A stretch of 64,000 bases of DNA from Cycas panzhihuaensis (lineage: Eukaryota; Plantae; Cycadophyta): contig CM041465.1 in assembly GCA_023213395.1 (NCBI GenBank), forward strand, positions 65,665,741 to 65,729,740. The letters run 5' to 3'. The position numbers and the translations under genes were made by a program. Below are positions 24,201 through 35,958 of this stretch, one piece after another. A model generated the notes under the pieces. It saw only the letters and a list, made by a program, of their open reading frames with translations, was not told the DNA's origin and did not search any database. Each line of letters begins with the position of its first letter. Within the stretch, counting starts at the first letter, position 1.

Positions 24201-27200
24201 ATGTCTTTCGATGCCCTTGGATAGAGTTTATTTCAATCTGCATCTAGAGTATGGGCATAGCATGTAGAGCTAAAAATTTTGAAGTAGTGAACAATGGAGT
24301 CTTATCCTGACCACTTTTTATTAGGTGATTATCCTTCTTTAGATGGGCTAATAGCATTGATATAATAAACAACTATCTAGATAACTTTGTCCCATAGGTA
24401 GGTAGGTATTTTTTTGTATACCAACATAGATCGAGTCATGTTCATGATTATCCTGTTCATGCACTCAGCAACTCCATTTTGTTGTGGGGCACCTACTATT
24501 ATTATTTGATATTTGATGCCATTGTCTCGAAGGTAGCTTTGAAACTTATGTGAGGTATATTTACCACCATTATCAGTTCAAAGATATTTGAGTTAATAAC
24601 CAAACTCTTTTTCAGTGTGAGCTTTGAATTCTTTGAATACACGGAAGGCTTCATCTTTCTTGTGTAGAAAAGCTACCCTTACATTTCTAGTGAAATCACC
24701 AATAAAAGAGATGTAATATAACTTTCCCTTCAGTGAAGGAATGGGCATTGGTCTACACAGATTAGAGTGTACCAATTGTAATGGATGGATTAAGTTTCAC
24801 TTACTTTTAGGAAAGGGTTATCAATGAGATTTGACAATGATACAAGCTTCATATTTAAAGGGATTCGAGGAGAACTGTGAAATATTTAGAAGTGTACTAT
24901 AAAGATCTCTAAGTCTATTGATGTAAACATGGCTTATATGAGCATGACAAAGAGCTTCTCGTAACAATGTTGGGTTGGTCAGGATGGAGTTAAATACAGA
25001 TTCTTCATTGGCACAAGGGCTTTGGGCATAATGGGTTTCAAAATATAGAGAGCCATTCAGATGAAAGAGATTGCCAGAGAGATTTCCAGTCAAGACCACT
25101 TGATCAGTTAGAGGGTGAATGACCTTGACAGCCTGGTCATTTGTAGTTACACTTAGATTAAATCCACAAGAGATAAGAAGAGTATGTTTTGTTAGAGATT
25201 GGATATGTATAAGACATCAAGCAATGTAAAATCTCTTAAGCCTAGGAGTTTTAGGTGAATGTTACCAATTCCTTCAATAGGTTATTGTGATTTATCAACT
25301 ATGTGAATAACTCCTTAAATATTTTAGTCAAATGTTTGATATAGACTATGATTATACATCATATGTTGAGTTGCTTCTGTGTCCATGATCCACTGTCCAT
25401 CAATTAAAGCCACATTATTTACAATTCCAATAGGGCTTGGCATTGGTAAAGGGAATTCACAATTGATATATCCACATCGAGCTTCAAAATATCTCTATGG
25501 TTGGTCAATGGTATTTAATCTGAAGATCCCTCAATTCTTTGAAAATATGCTTATACAAAACTTGCAGCACTAAAGGATTTTTCATAAGTTTCTTCAACAT
25601 TGTGAGATCCATGTTTTGGTTAGAACTTGGCCAACTTATAAGTGGTAGTTCTACAGTCTTTTGTAAAGTGTCCTTTATGGTTACACTGATCACACATAAT
25701 AGTTTGATTACTAGTCCCTAAAGAGGTACTAGTTTGGCCTAACTGTCTTGCTCTTTGTTGAGGTGGCCTTTAGCCTTAAGACTGTCGAGGCTGTGACTAA
25801 GGGTTTGGTTGACCTTGTAGATGATTTACCATATTTCTTTCTCTTCCTCTTATTTGGTTATTTCCTCTGCCATGAGAAGGACCTTGATTTTTTATGTAGT
25901 AATCTTCTTCTTCCACCTCAAAGGCTATATCTGGAAGAGAGTTAGAGGCTATAAAGTTGGTATCAAAGGTCTTGAAAAATTCTGTTAACTTCTTAGCAAG
26001 TGCTTCAAAGTTGAGTGTGTTCAATATTCCATTAGATTGAAGACTTCCAAGTAAGTTTCTATAACTAGGGATATGTAGACATGATTAGATCAAGAATGCC
26101 TTGGTGATACATTAGGTCTTAAAATCTTTATCAATTGCCTATTTTATTGGTCAAAGGAGATTTATTATCTCATGAGCTTATCCCTTCTACATTTTTAATT
26201 TGTTCATTTTTAGAACAAGATGAACAAATTCTAAATTTGACTTAGTATCAAAGTTCTTCTTGAGAACTTTAAGGACCTTCCAGGCTATACCATATTGCTC
26301 TTCATTAATCAAGTTGTGCAAGGAGTGATCAATAACCAATAGAATTTCTACATGAATCTTTTCATAATCTATCTCCCATTGTATTTTGGTTGTGATATCT
26401 GTAGGAGCTATTGGAGCAGATCCACCAGAAGTAGTTGTTGTAATTATTGTAGGTATGATGGGTGTTCACTACAAGTGGGATCTCCAAAGGCCTTTATACT
26501 TTATAGTATTTTTAAATCTAGTGTATCATAAATCCCAATTTTCTTTGCCTTTCAATATGCAATTAATATTCTACTTGAATTAAGATGACATGGTGATGAT
26601 AAAGAAGTAAAAGAGATGATAGAAGTATGTGCCACTGACACATATGGTTAGTACACCTGGCATAGTAGGGATATAGAAATGAATGTTATGATGAGAAGCA
26701 AGCAATGATTAAGTATTTTTCAATAACTATGAAAATGGAGTATAAACAATGATACAAGAATGAGGCCTAATGTAGAGTTGGCAAAGAGTGGTGATGTGCC
26801 ATACCACAAACCTCTAACTTATGTCCAAATGTAGGTGAGGTTTAATGCCTAAGACTTCTAATATACGATTAGGGCCTTTACTCATGATACCTGCACCTAC
26901 GCTTGGCGATGAAATCCAAGTAATAATGGAGCCCAAGTACTCCAAATCCTTACCCAATTCACTAATGAGTAGCTATATACCTCCTCTGAAGAGTCAAATG
27001 GTATGTGTGTATCCCATAGCTATGACAGATATTAGACCAGGCTAATTTTAATCTTGTATTAAGGTTTTCAGTTTTCTCAAGTAGATATCAGGATTATCCT
27101 TGATTGAAGACTATAGGTATGGCTAACCTATCCTTCCACAACTATTTTGGTTAAGACCAGACCTGGTATAAAACTCATACCTCTCTTATGGCCTAAACTT

Positions 27201-28842
27201 CAGCCGATCGTGGTTTATTTCAACCAAAGCGAGCATGTACACAAGTTAAGAACTGGCGATATAAATCGTATAGATGAGATTTAATTTAGGATTAATATAA
27301 GTTGTTTCTGAATAACTGTAAAGTAAAATAAAAAATTATCAAATGTACTTTCTTACTTTGTTGTTACTACTACTTTATGTGATGCTTTATGCTATATATG
27401 TAAATAGTAAAAGCATGCTAGATTTAGTAGGGGAACCAAATGTTGCTTCTGATTTAAGGTTTCCCTTACTTTACTACAATGTTTCTAAATATATTTTTAA
27501 AAATTTCAATACAAAATCCAAAAAGGGATAAAAATGTAGATCAACTTATCGCTAAAATACTAAATTTTCTAAATCTAGATGCATGTTATTTTTCCCTATT
27601 TAATGATTTTTTCACAAAATTTATAAATAATGATAAATGAGTAAAATTTTCTAAAAATTACAAATATGAAGACCTAAATGATGGAATTTGAATTTATGAC
27701 AGAAGAAAAATGTGTTTAGAATGTTATTTTTGATAGGGTAATGAAGTCAAATTTTTGAAAAGGTATAAAAATAGTTTTGTCCAAAAAAAACACAAAAGCA
27801 GAATCTTGGCAGATCCACTATCTCAAAATCCAAACTTCAGTATGTCAAAAGTTACATCTTAACATGTACATCAATCTTTCCTTCTACACCATCTCTAAAA
27901 TTAGCTAAAAAAATGCCTGAAATGCCCTCGCAATATCTTTTATGGGGTTGAGTAGGCAAATTTAACATCTGTAAAAAACTGCAAAGATCTCACTAACTGG
28001 TGGATGAAATTTGATGAGATTTATCTTAAAATGCTCCTAAGTCATAAATCTATTAGATCCCTTTAAAATATTTTTAGATTTTTAGCTTGTTTTTAAAGGA
28101 TTTCATTGAAAAATATACCTTAAGTCACTTATCCATAAATTTTAATCTTTTATTTCAATCAAAACTCATTATTTTAGGCTAAATCTAAAGCTACTCTAGA
28201 GGATAAAAATGATCCTCTTAGTAAGGCAACCCTACATGCTAAATTTTATTAAAATCTGAAATGGTCAAATTTTTTATAAAATTTTAGGCTTTTAATGATT
28301 CTAGGGCTATTCTGAGAACTAAACGGCTTCCAAAACCTCTATATTTTCACCTCTAAAATTTTGCACACATAGAGAAAGTAGCAACATATAAAGTAATATA
28401 ATTTTAAGCTCTCAAAATTTTAAAAATGATGAGTGTAATCCCAATACTTCACATTAAAGGTGAAGGAGAGGCAAAATGACTCCATGCAAGTGGAATGGAG
28501 TGAATAGAACCCCTTTTAGCTCTGATACCACATGAATGAAGGATGGATCTAGGGAATAAATCACTTACATACATACAATAGTAATGGAGAATGAAAAAGA
28601 GATGAAACAAGATATGAGATCAAGCTTGGAACGAGTATGAATAATGACTCCCTCTTAGAGATTTTGCCTTTTATTATTGAGATTTTACATTAGGGTTAGG
28701 ATTTTCCTGCCTAATGACATGAAACCAAAATTACATCTAAATGCACATAAAGTGTATTTTGATAAGAGACTAATGTTAATAATATATTTTAAGGTCACTT
28801 AATCAATCTATACAAATGACCTTGATACATTAGCCTCTTTTA
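21291..28842 (-). mobile_element. Full-length degenerate Ty1/Copia element (7.55 kb)
   Basis: LTRs 21291-21601 and 28533-28842. Perfect PBS (reverse complement GCTCTGATACCA) at 28519-28530. PPT (reverse complement TCCCCCCCTT) at 21603. Perfect TSD GCTTC. Confidence 0.96.
22075..26592 (-). pseudogene. Copia gag-pol
   Basis: QWIMDTEAT (PR), VHSNLC.PM...YYISFI.DFTR (INT), IFVDDMLVTGN (RT), VDNQS...TKHI...DQVADIFTKSL (RNase H). Confidence 0.93.
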
Positions 28843-31560
28843 GCTTCCTCTAGTCTACTAATGGTCCATTATACCAAGTACTCAGAAATGGTTCTATTTC
28901 AGAGATGATGATGACTGGTTTCCAACAAATGACCTAGAGGAATGGTTAGGAGTTATTCTTTCACAAGAATTAGGAGAGTGGTTTATGGGACAATGGACTT
29001 GCCAAGGTGCTTTTTAAGGCATGAAACATAGAGGACATTATGGATCTTGGTGTTATAAGAGAGTTTAAGGACATATGCAACCTCCTTAATGCATTGGCTA
29101 ATCTTATAGGGATCACAATATTAAGGACTAAGTGTATAATTTGTGCTATGATGAAGTGATTATTACTTATAAGGTTAGAGGTGAATGAAAACCATATCGC
29201 CAATGGAAAAGATTTGATTAGAGTGGTGGCGGTTGACAAGTTTCTTCATGCGATTCTAAGCCATATCTAGATTTTACTTAAGTGTGTTTAGGATTTGGTC
29301 CATGTCTTGCAATTTCTATTGTACCAAGGTTGTACATAGGTTAGTGGCCAATGTATGGTGGGATGTTGGGGGATAACCATAAAGGGCCATGAATGGGAAC
29401 ATGCCAATTGCAGAGTGGTGGGAAGAGTTATACTAATATTCTACTAAGGCTAGCTAGGAGGTCTATTATTTTTGGTGTTCAGATGTAAAACAGTGAAGAT
29501 ATATCTTTATGTTCGATTAAGAACCTCTCATTGACTGCCTATCTAGGGGTGGTATAAGGAACTCATGTTGAAGGAGGTGCCAACTATACAAAAGAGTTCT
29601 TGTTAAAAAGAAGATATAAATTTGTGGTCTCAGTCAGAGACTACAGTGGATGGAAAACTATGGATGCAAAAAATGAATTAGATATAGAGGTCAGCCAGGC
29701 AGGGGGATAGGTAGGATGTATGGACTAGTAGAAAGTGGGTATATTTTATTAGTCGATTAATGATTAACCAAATAGAGTCATTTCTAGTTGAGGGTGGAAG
29801 ACCTATGATGAAGTCCATTACAATATCTTATTATTTTCCCTGTGGGATTTGAAGGGGTTAGAGGAGCTTAGGCCGAGCCTTTATATTTGCCTTATTATGT
29901 TGGCATATATTGCATTCTACTATGAAAGTCAATATAGAGGATTTTATTTAAGGTCAGTAAAAGTCAGAGCGGATAAAATGATAGGTCTTATTAAAACATG
30001 AGTGGCCTCCTTAGGGGGTGGTATAGTACTCAATCAAGATACAATGAATGAAGGTGGAGGATGGATAGAGAAATATTCTATTTTTTGTAAAGAATGTGGG
30101 TGTGGTGCAAGGTCCAATCCTTTTGAGTAAGAATCTTTGAGGACCACTTACTGAAATCAAGTTGGGATTGGTTGTCATTGGCTAATTCTTGGAGCCACAT
30201 AGGTTGAGAGGATAAGATGGCTTGTAAGATGGGCTCAGAGGGATCCAACAGGAAACAAGAGAGAGCATCAACTACAATATTTTCTTTGCCCTTTTGTAAG
30301 ACATAGTGTAGTTAAATACTTAGAGACAACTAACCCACTTTACTTGCTCTTCAAAAGGATAGGTTGGTCAAGGAGACGATGGAGACTATGGTGGTCGATA
30401 AAAATAGTGTATTTGGATCCTATTATATACTAACACCACTTATCAACTACATGGAGGATACCCTTCATTTATTTTTAGTAAGTTGAAAGTTTACATTCAT
30501 GGTCTTTTGGTTTTCAACTTTCAAAGGCAATTGGATGAAAATTCTACATGAGGATAGCTCCTATGCTTGCACTAGATGCATCGCATTCAAGTTGGAATGG
30601 TTTAGAAAAGTCTAGTTTTGTCAATATAAGGGTGGTGGAAATGAGTAATTTGAGATAGTTGAAGGCATTGTAAATATTAGGGGACCATTGAAAGGAGTCC
30701 TTATTAAGTAAATTGGTTAGGGGTGCAGTAATGGAAGTATAATTTTTAATGAATCATTGATAAAAGCTTGTGAGTCTAAGGAATGCTCATAGTTTAGTGA
30801 GAGCCGTAGGGGTGGGCTAAGTGATAATGGCCAAAATGTTATTAGGGTCCACTCAAATACCTTCTATTAAGATGATATGGCCTAAATATTAGAGTTTAGT
30901 CTTCCTAAATTTATACTTAATCGGTTTAGCATAGAGTTTATGTTGGGAAAGAAGTTGAAGGGCAATTCTAGATGTTACAGATGGACAGATATATAAGAAC
31001 TATAAATAAGGATATCATCAAAAAAATAATGATGAACTTGTGAAGGTGGGGACCAAAAATCTTGTTTATTAGGCCTTGAAATATGGTCAAGGCATTACAT
31101 AATATGAAGGGTATAACTTGGAATTTGAAATACCCATGGTGCATTTAAAAATCAATCTTATGGAATTCTTTAGGGGTAATAGGGATCTGATAGTAACCTA
31201 ATTAGAGATCTAATTTAGAAAAAATGGTGGCCCTATGAATTTCATCCAATATATCATCAATGTGAGGAGTGGGGAATTTATTTTTAATTATGAGTTTGTT
31301 GGGCTCTTGATAATTGACGTAAAGGCAAAATGAGCTACCCTTTTTTTGAACAAGCACAATGGGGGCTGCATAAGGACTTTTACTAGGTTGTACTATTTCT
31401 ATGTCCATAAGTGTTATTATGATTCATTTGATTTTATTTTTCTAAAAGTAGGCGTTATGATACAGTCATAGGCTAATGGGGTTATAGGGGTTTTTAAGCT
31501 CGATGGTGTAGTAGAAACCTCAGTCCAGGGGAGGTATTAGGAAGTAGGTGAAAGGCAAAC
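28843..31560 (-). pseudogene. pol: Chromovirus pol: RT, RNase H, integrase, chromodomain
   Basis: PSKSPYAAPIVLVQKK..FCLYVNY..NKFPTPHID..IFSKLDL; FQLECDASS; ENIVVDALS; GGH...KTY...ECNICQ.NK; DIVMDFIIGLP; FSIGDMVF.HL*PYK; EYLV*W...EEA|T*EP. Confidence 0.9.
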
Positions 31561-32831
31561 TGATACTTGGTAAGGATGGGTTAGATGTTAGGGTGAATTT
31601 TAACTTGAGGTTGTAAGTGATACAAGGTGTCCTACCAACTACTAAATAAGGTGTGTTTAGTATCATAGACTTGCTGATAAACTTCTAAAGTAAAAATTTG
31701 AGGTAGGTACCTTTGTGGCACTAACTGCTAACAACTACACTACAAGACTTTAGTGGTTGATAGTTTACCTATACTAGAGAGGATTTTGGGACCTAATGAG
31801 ATCCTCCTATATACCTAAAGGTACGTGGACGTACACTTCCATAGCTAGGTTCTATCTAGGGCTTAGTTTAGGAGTGTTATCTCTAGTCCTTCACATAAAG
31901 GGCAGGAAAGTCACGATGCACTTAACCAAAATGATAGATCCCTATGATATTAAAAGACCCCTAGTATAGGGTCTCTACCTAACTACTTGGGTAGCCACCC
32001 AATAGTGTTATCTACCCAAGAAGAGAGTTGGGAGGGAAAATGATAGCCACCCAATGATGTTATCTAACCTTGGACTAATAATCTAATACAAAAGTTAAAA
32101 TAAAGGAATGTAAAGTAGAAAGAAAATGGAGTAATAACATTACCTAGGGGAAGAAGTTACTCTTCTCTTATAATTCTTACATTGTGTTGGTATTATTCCT
32201 CAATATTTGTGGAGAGAGTGCTAAGCAAAGGTCTTTTCTCGATCTCTACTTAGGTAGAGAGAGTACTTAATTTGATAAAGAAAAAAAAAATTAATTTTTT
32301 TCCAATCTGTTAAATAGATTCCCATGATCATGAATGTAGCTCTGACACCATTTGATATGATTCCTTTAGGGATTATTTTACACCTAATTATAAAACCAAA
32401 TTGTAGAACATAAATAGAGCACAAATAGACACAAAAATAGGCACTAAAAATTTGCACCAAATAGGCAACAATAATTTCCCATTCAAAAGCTAGCTTTCTT
32501 TACATCCATAAGGCCTTAAATAAACTAAATTGTTGTTTAGTCTATGAATCTAATTGGAGAGGCATTCGACTTTTAATTTCATTGGTGGCCCCAAGTGGTC
32601 TATGCATACCTTTTAATAGTTAACATTAGCATCTGTCTTTTATTAGAAAAAGTATCTTCACTAGGGCTCTACCAATCACTAGCGATTATGTAATAGTTTC
32701 TGCTCCTACCCTTACTCTTCCAATATTTAATAAACCCTTTGTTTTGTATACCACTTTCATCAAAGTATCCCTTGGGGGTATGCTTATCCAAGAAGATGAG
32801 TTCAAACATGAGTGAATCATATATATTATTA

Positions 32832-35800
32832 AATTCACCACATGAGAATAGGTTAGTAAATTAGTGGGGTTTAGGTTAGTGACATATAATAATAGAGAAA
32901 TGGGGATCAAATTAATTATAGTTATAGGTAGAGTAATAGAATATTAGGGTGGAGTGAATATTAAGATAGTGTGTCCTAGCTATAAATAGCCCACCCTACT
33001 CTTTGTATTATTTATGTTAGATTAATGAAAGATTATCTCTTTAAGGGTACACTATGGGGCATCTTTCCTTCCATGTCATTCACCTCTATCTCTATTAGTT
33101 TCATTCTCATATCTTCATGTTAAAGAAGTAACATGATGTTGGCCCACTACATGTGTTATTAGAGCCAAAGTAAGGCCAATTTTCTATTTCCCCTTTTTGT
33201 TTTAAATGTAGGAGTTTAAAGACTATATTGGAGGGTTTAAAATCCTAATTAAAGGTTTTACATGATTAAAGATCTAATTAGTAGAGTTTATATGAAAACC
33301 TAGCTTAGATTAATTTGTTATTTATTATGGCAGGTTGTTCTGGTAATTATTATTGAAGATTACAAGTCATGTTTGTGGTTGTGGCCTATTTTGTAAGGTA
33401 TTCATGTATCTAGATTTGTTAGTGACTATATATAATATTTCAAAGAGTTGGAATATTATTAAGGTGATTTATTACTATTAGGCATAATTATTTTTGGTCT
33501 AATAGCTCTATTTATAGATTAGGCAGCTTTGTTGTAGTATTGAGTAGATTTGGTAAAAGTTAGACACTTTCAACTATCACTTTCATCTTTGTGAAGTGTT
33601 TCTAGCTAAATATAAGGTTGTCATTGTATTTGCAGCATCCAATTTATATATTTAGAGTTTATAGATCAATAATTCATGAAAAAATAAAGGTTGGGCACTA
33701 ATTATTCCTCTCACAGTTGACCACGCAATGTGTATGGGAAGACAACAATGAAAAATAGTGAAATCAACACCAATTTCTATAATTTGAAGCTATAAAAGGG
33801 TTTTTTTAATCATAAAATAGAAGTGGATCTACTTCAATTTTGGAATTTGAGGTCCAAATAAGAAGATTCAAGTCAATTAAATCCACTAATTTGTACATAG
33901 CTACATTTTAGATAACAACAAAATTTTAGGAGGAAATTTTATTTTCCTATAGTCTAATATTCTGTGATTATATTAAATAATTTTTAATTGATGTTAAAGT
34001 TTACCTAGGATTTTATGGAGTCATTTGGCATGCCTTATATCCAAATTAAAGGGACTAAAAGTGAATTAAATGAGCCTCTTTAATTTTTTTTTAACCTATC
34101 TATATTATTTTACCCATATCTCTTCCATATAAGCTTAGAATTCAATTTTGTCAAATCCATCAAATTCCTTCTTTTGAGGGAATTATTTTGGACCACTATA
34201 TAATACGTTTTCAGTTATTTTTATATAAGTTATTAAATTTTAAAATTAGGTCTAGGAGATATATGTCACTTTATATCATATTTTTTTGCACTATTTTAGG
34301 TCATTAAGACTTTAGCTATAAAACCATTACTCTTGAGACCTTAATATCTCCTTTGTAATCAAAATCATTAAAAAATGTGTGAGGGGAAAAGGGGTGGGGG
34401 TGGTGGGGTTAGGTTTATAAGGGGTTAACAAGCTATAGACACCCCTAATTCCTTTCTCCATTACTCTTTTATTTTAGCATTAATGGAATCTTCTTTGTTT
34501 AACTATTAGATGTGATTGTTAAGTTAGATGTATAAGTTTCCCACATAACCATATAAAATAAAGAGATTACCATTCTCCTTTTTGATCCAAATATGCACAC
34601 ATCACATGATGAGAAGCTCAACTTTGCCTATAATCACCTCAAAGGCAAAACATAATATTAGTATTATTGATGGCTATATGATTCCATCAATAATTCAAGG
34701 GACTCATTTGTGAAATGCTTCCTAGACCAATATGAAGATGCTTTTTATAATAAGCACTTCCATCCTCAATAATCAATAGTTGAAGAATACATAAAGGAAT
34801 TTTAGGCTATGCTTGATCAATCCTTTCTACCTCTTAATCAACAGGCTCTTACTAATTTGTATGCATTAGATCTCAAAGACTACATTTAATCATGACTATA
34901 TATGGTTTCTGCAACATTCTTAACAATGGCCATGTCCATGGCAAAGGTATTGGAAGCAAAATTTATAACAAAAGCAAACAAATAAGTAACAACAAAAGTA
35001 GAACTAAAAGAAGAAAAAGAAGATGAAGGATGAGTAGAACCAAATGAAAGGGAGGAAGAAGATGTAAAAGTAGAATATAAAATAGACCAAGTAGAAGAAG
35101 AAGGATAAGAAGAAAGTGGGGAAATAATGATCAAGGATGAGTATGTTAAAGTCCTCTTACCTACATCCTCTCCACAAAATAATATCCTCAACTCTATTAC
35201 CTTACTAAAAGACAATGTATTGTAAGTTAGACAAGGTGACTTAATGCATGACAAGGAAGACCTTTCAATGAGCATCAGTAATAGTAAGGAGGAATCGCCA
35301 TCCTCCTTCTTTCTTCAAGAGCATTTTGGGCCATATTTATATGGATCCCCTTACTATTACTCCATGGTATCTCACTTCTTCCAAGATAGGCAGTAACTAA
35401 TAGGGTAACACTCTTTTGTAGACTTCCATGGAGTTGAATACCTATATAGTATATATCCACCTCTTTAACTAATAGGTGTGGCAACAATAACCTCCTCTCT
35501 TCAACTCAAAAATGACCCATCCACCCTAGGCATTATGGAAATAGAATATGGTGGTCAATTTATGTACTTTTGTATATAGATGCTTTAATGAAAAAGCATC
35601 TTAGAAGGAAGGTCATGTGGTGAGCCTTCATCACATAAAAATAGGTTAGTAGGTTAATGGAGTTTAGGTTAGTGAAATAATAATATAGAAATAAGAATTA
35701 GATAGATTATAGGTAGAGTAATATAATAAAGGGGTGGAGTGAATATTAAGAGGGTGAGTCTTGGCTATAACTAGTCCATCCTACTCTTTGTATTTGTTCT

Positions 35801-35958
35801 ATCTAGTTAATGAAAGATTGTCTCTTTAAGGGTACATTGCAATGTCTCTTCCCTTTCGTGCTCTTCACCTCCATCATCCACACTATTTGCCTCCATCTTT
35901 ATTGGTATCTTGCTCATATCTTTATATCAAAGAGGTAATAGGGTATTGTCTTATTATA
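32832..35958 (+). mobile_element. Non-autonomous gag-only Gypsy-type LTR element (~3.1 kb)
   Basis: LTRs ~32832-33151 and 35616-35958. Degenerate PBS TGTTATTAGAGC at 33154. PPT AGAAGGAAGG before 35616. Gag remnant at ~34530-34960 (KLNFAYNHLKGK; VEEYIKEF) followed by an Glu-rich tract. No pol. Confidence 0.82.

Larger units (their letters stand above)
20873..32695 (-). mobile_element. Chromoviral Ty3/Gypsy element, degenerate, apparently lacking gag and PR, with a nested Copia
   Basis: LTRs 20873-21204 and 32353-32695. PBS (reverse complement GCTCTGACACCA) at 32339-32350. PPT (reverse complement CCTTCCCCT) at ~21209. TSD GTTTT/GTTTC. Confidence 0.9.

Noticed and set aside
29290-30250. Apparent replacement of the chromovirus integrase by foreign or LINE-like DNA
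   Set aside because: Manual translation recovers the integrase H2C2 and core motifs, so it is simply degenerate.
34886-35275. 129-aa Ser-rich ORF
   Set aside because: It is the antisense reading of the Glu/Lys-rich tract in the gag-only element.
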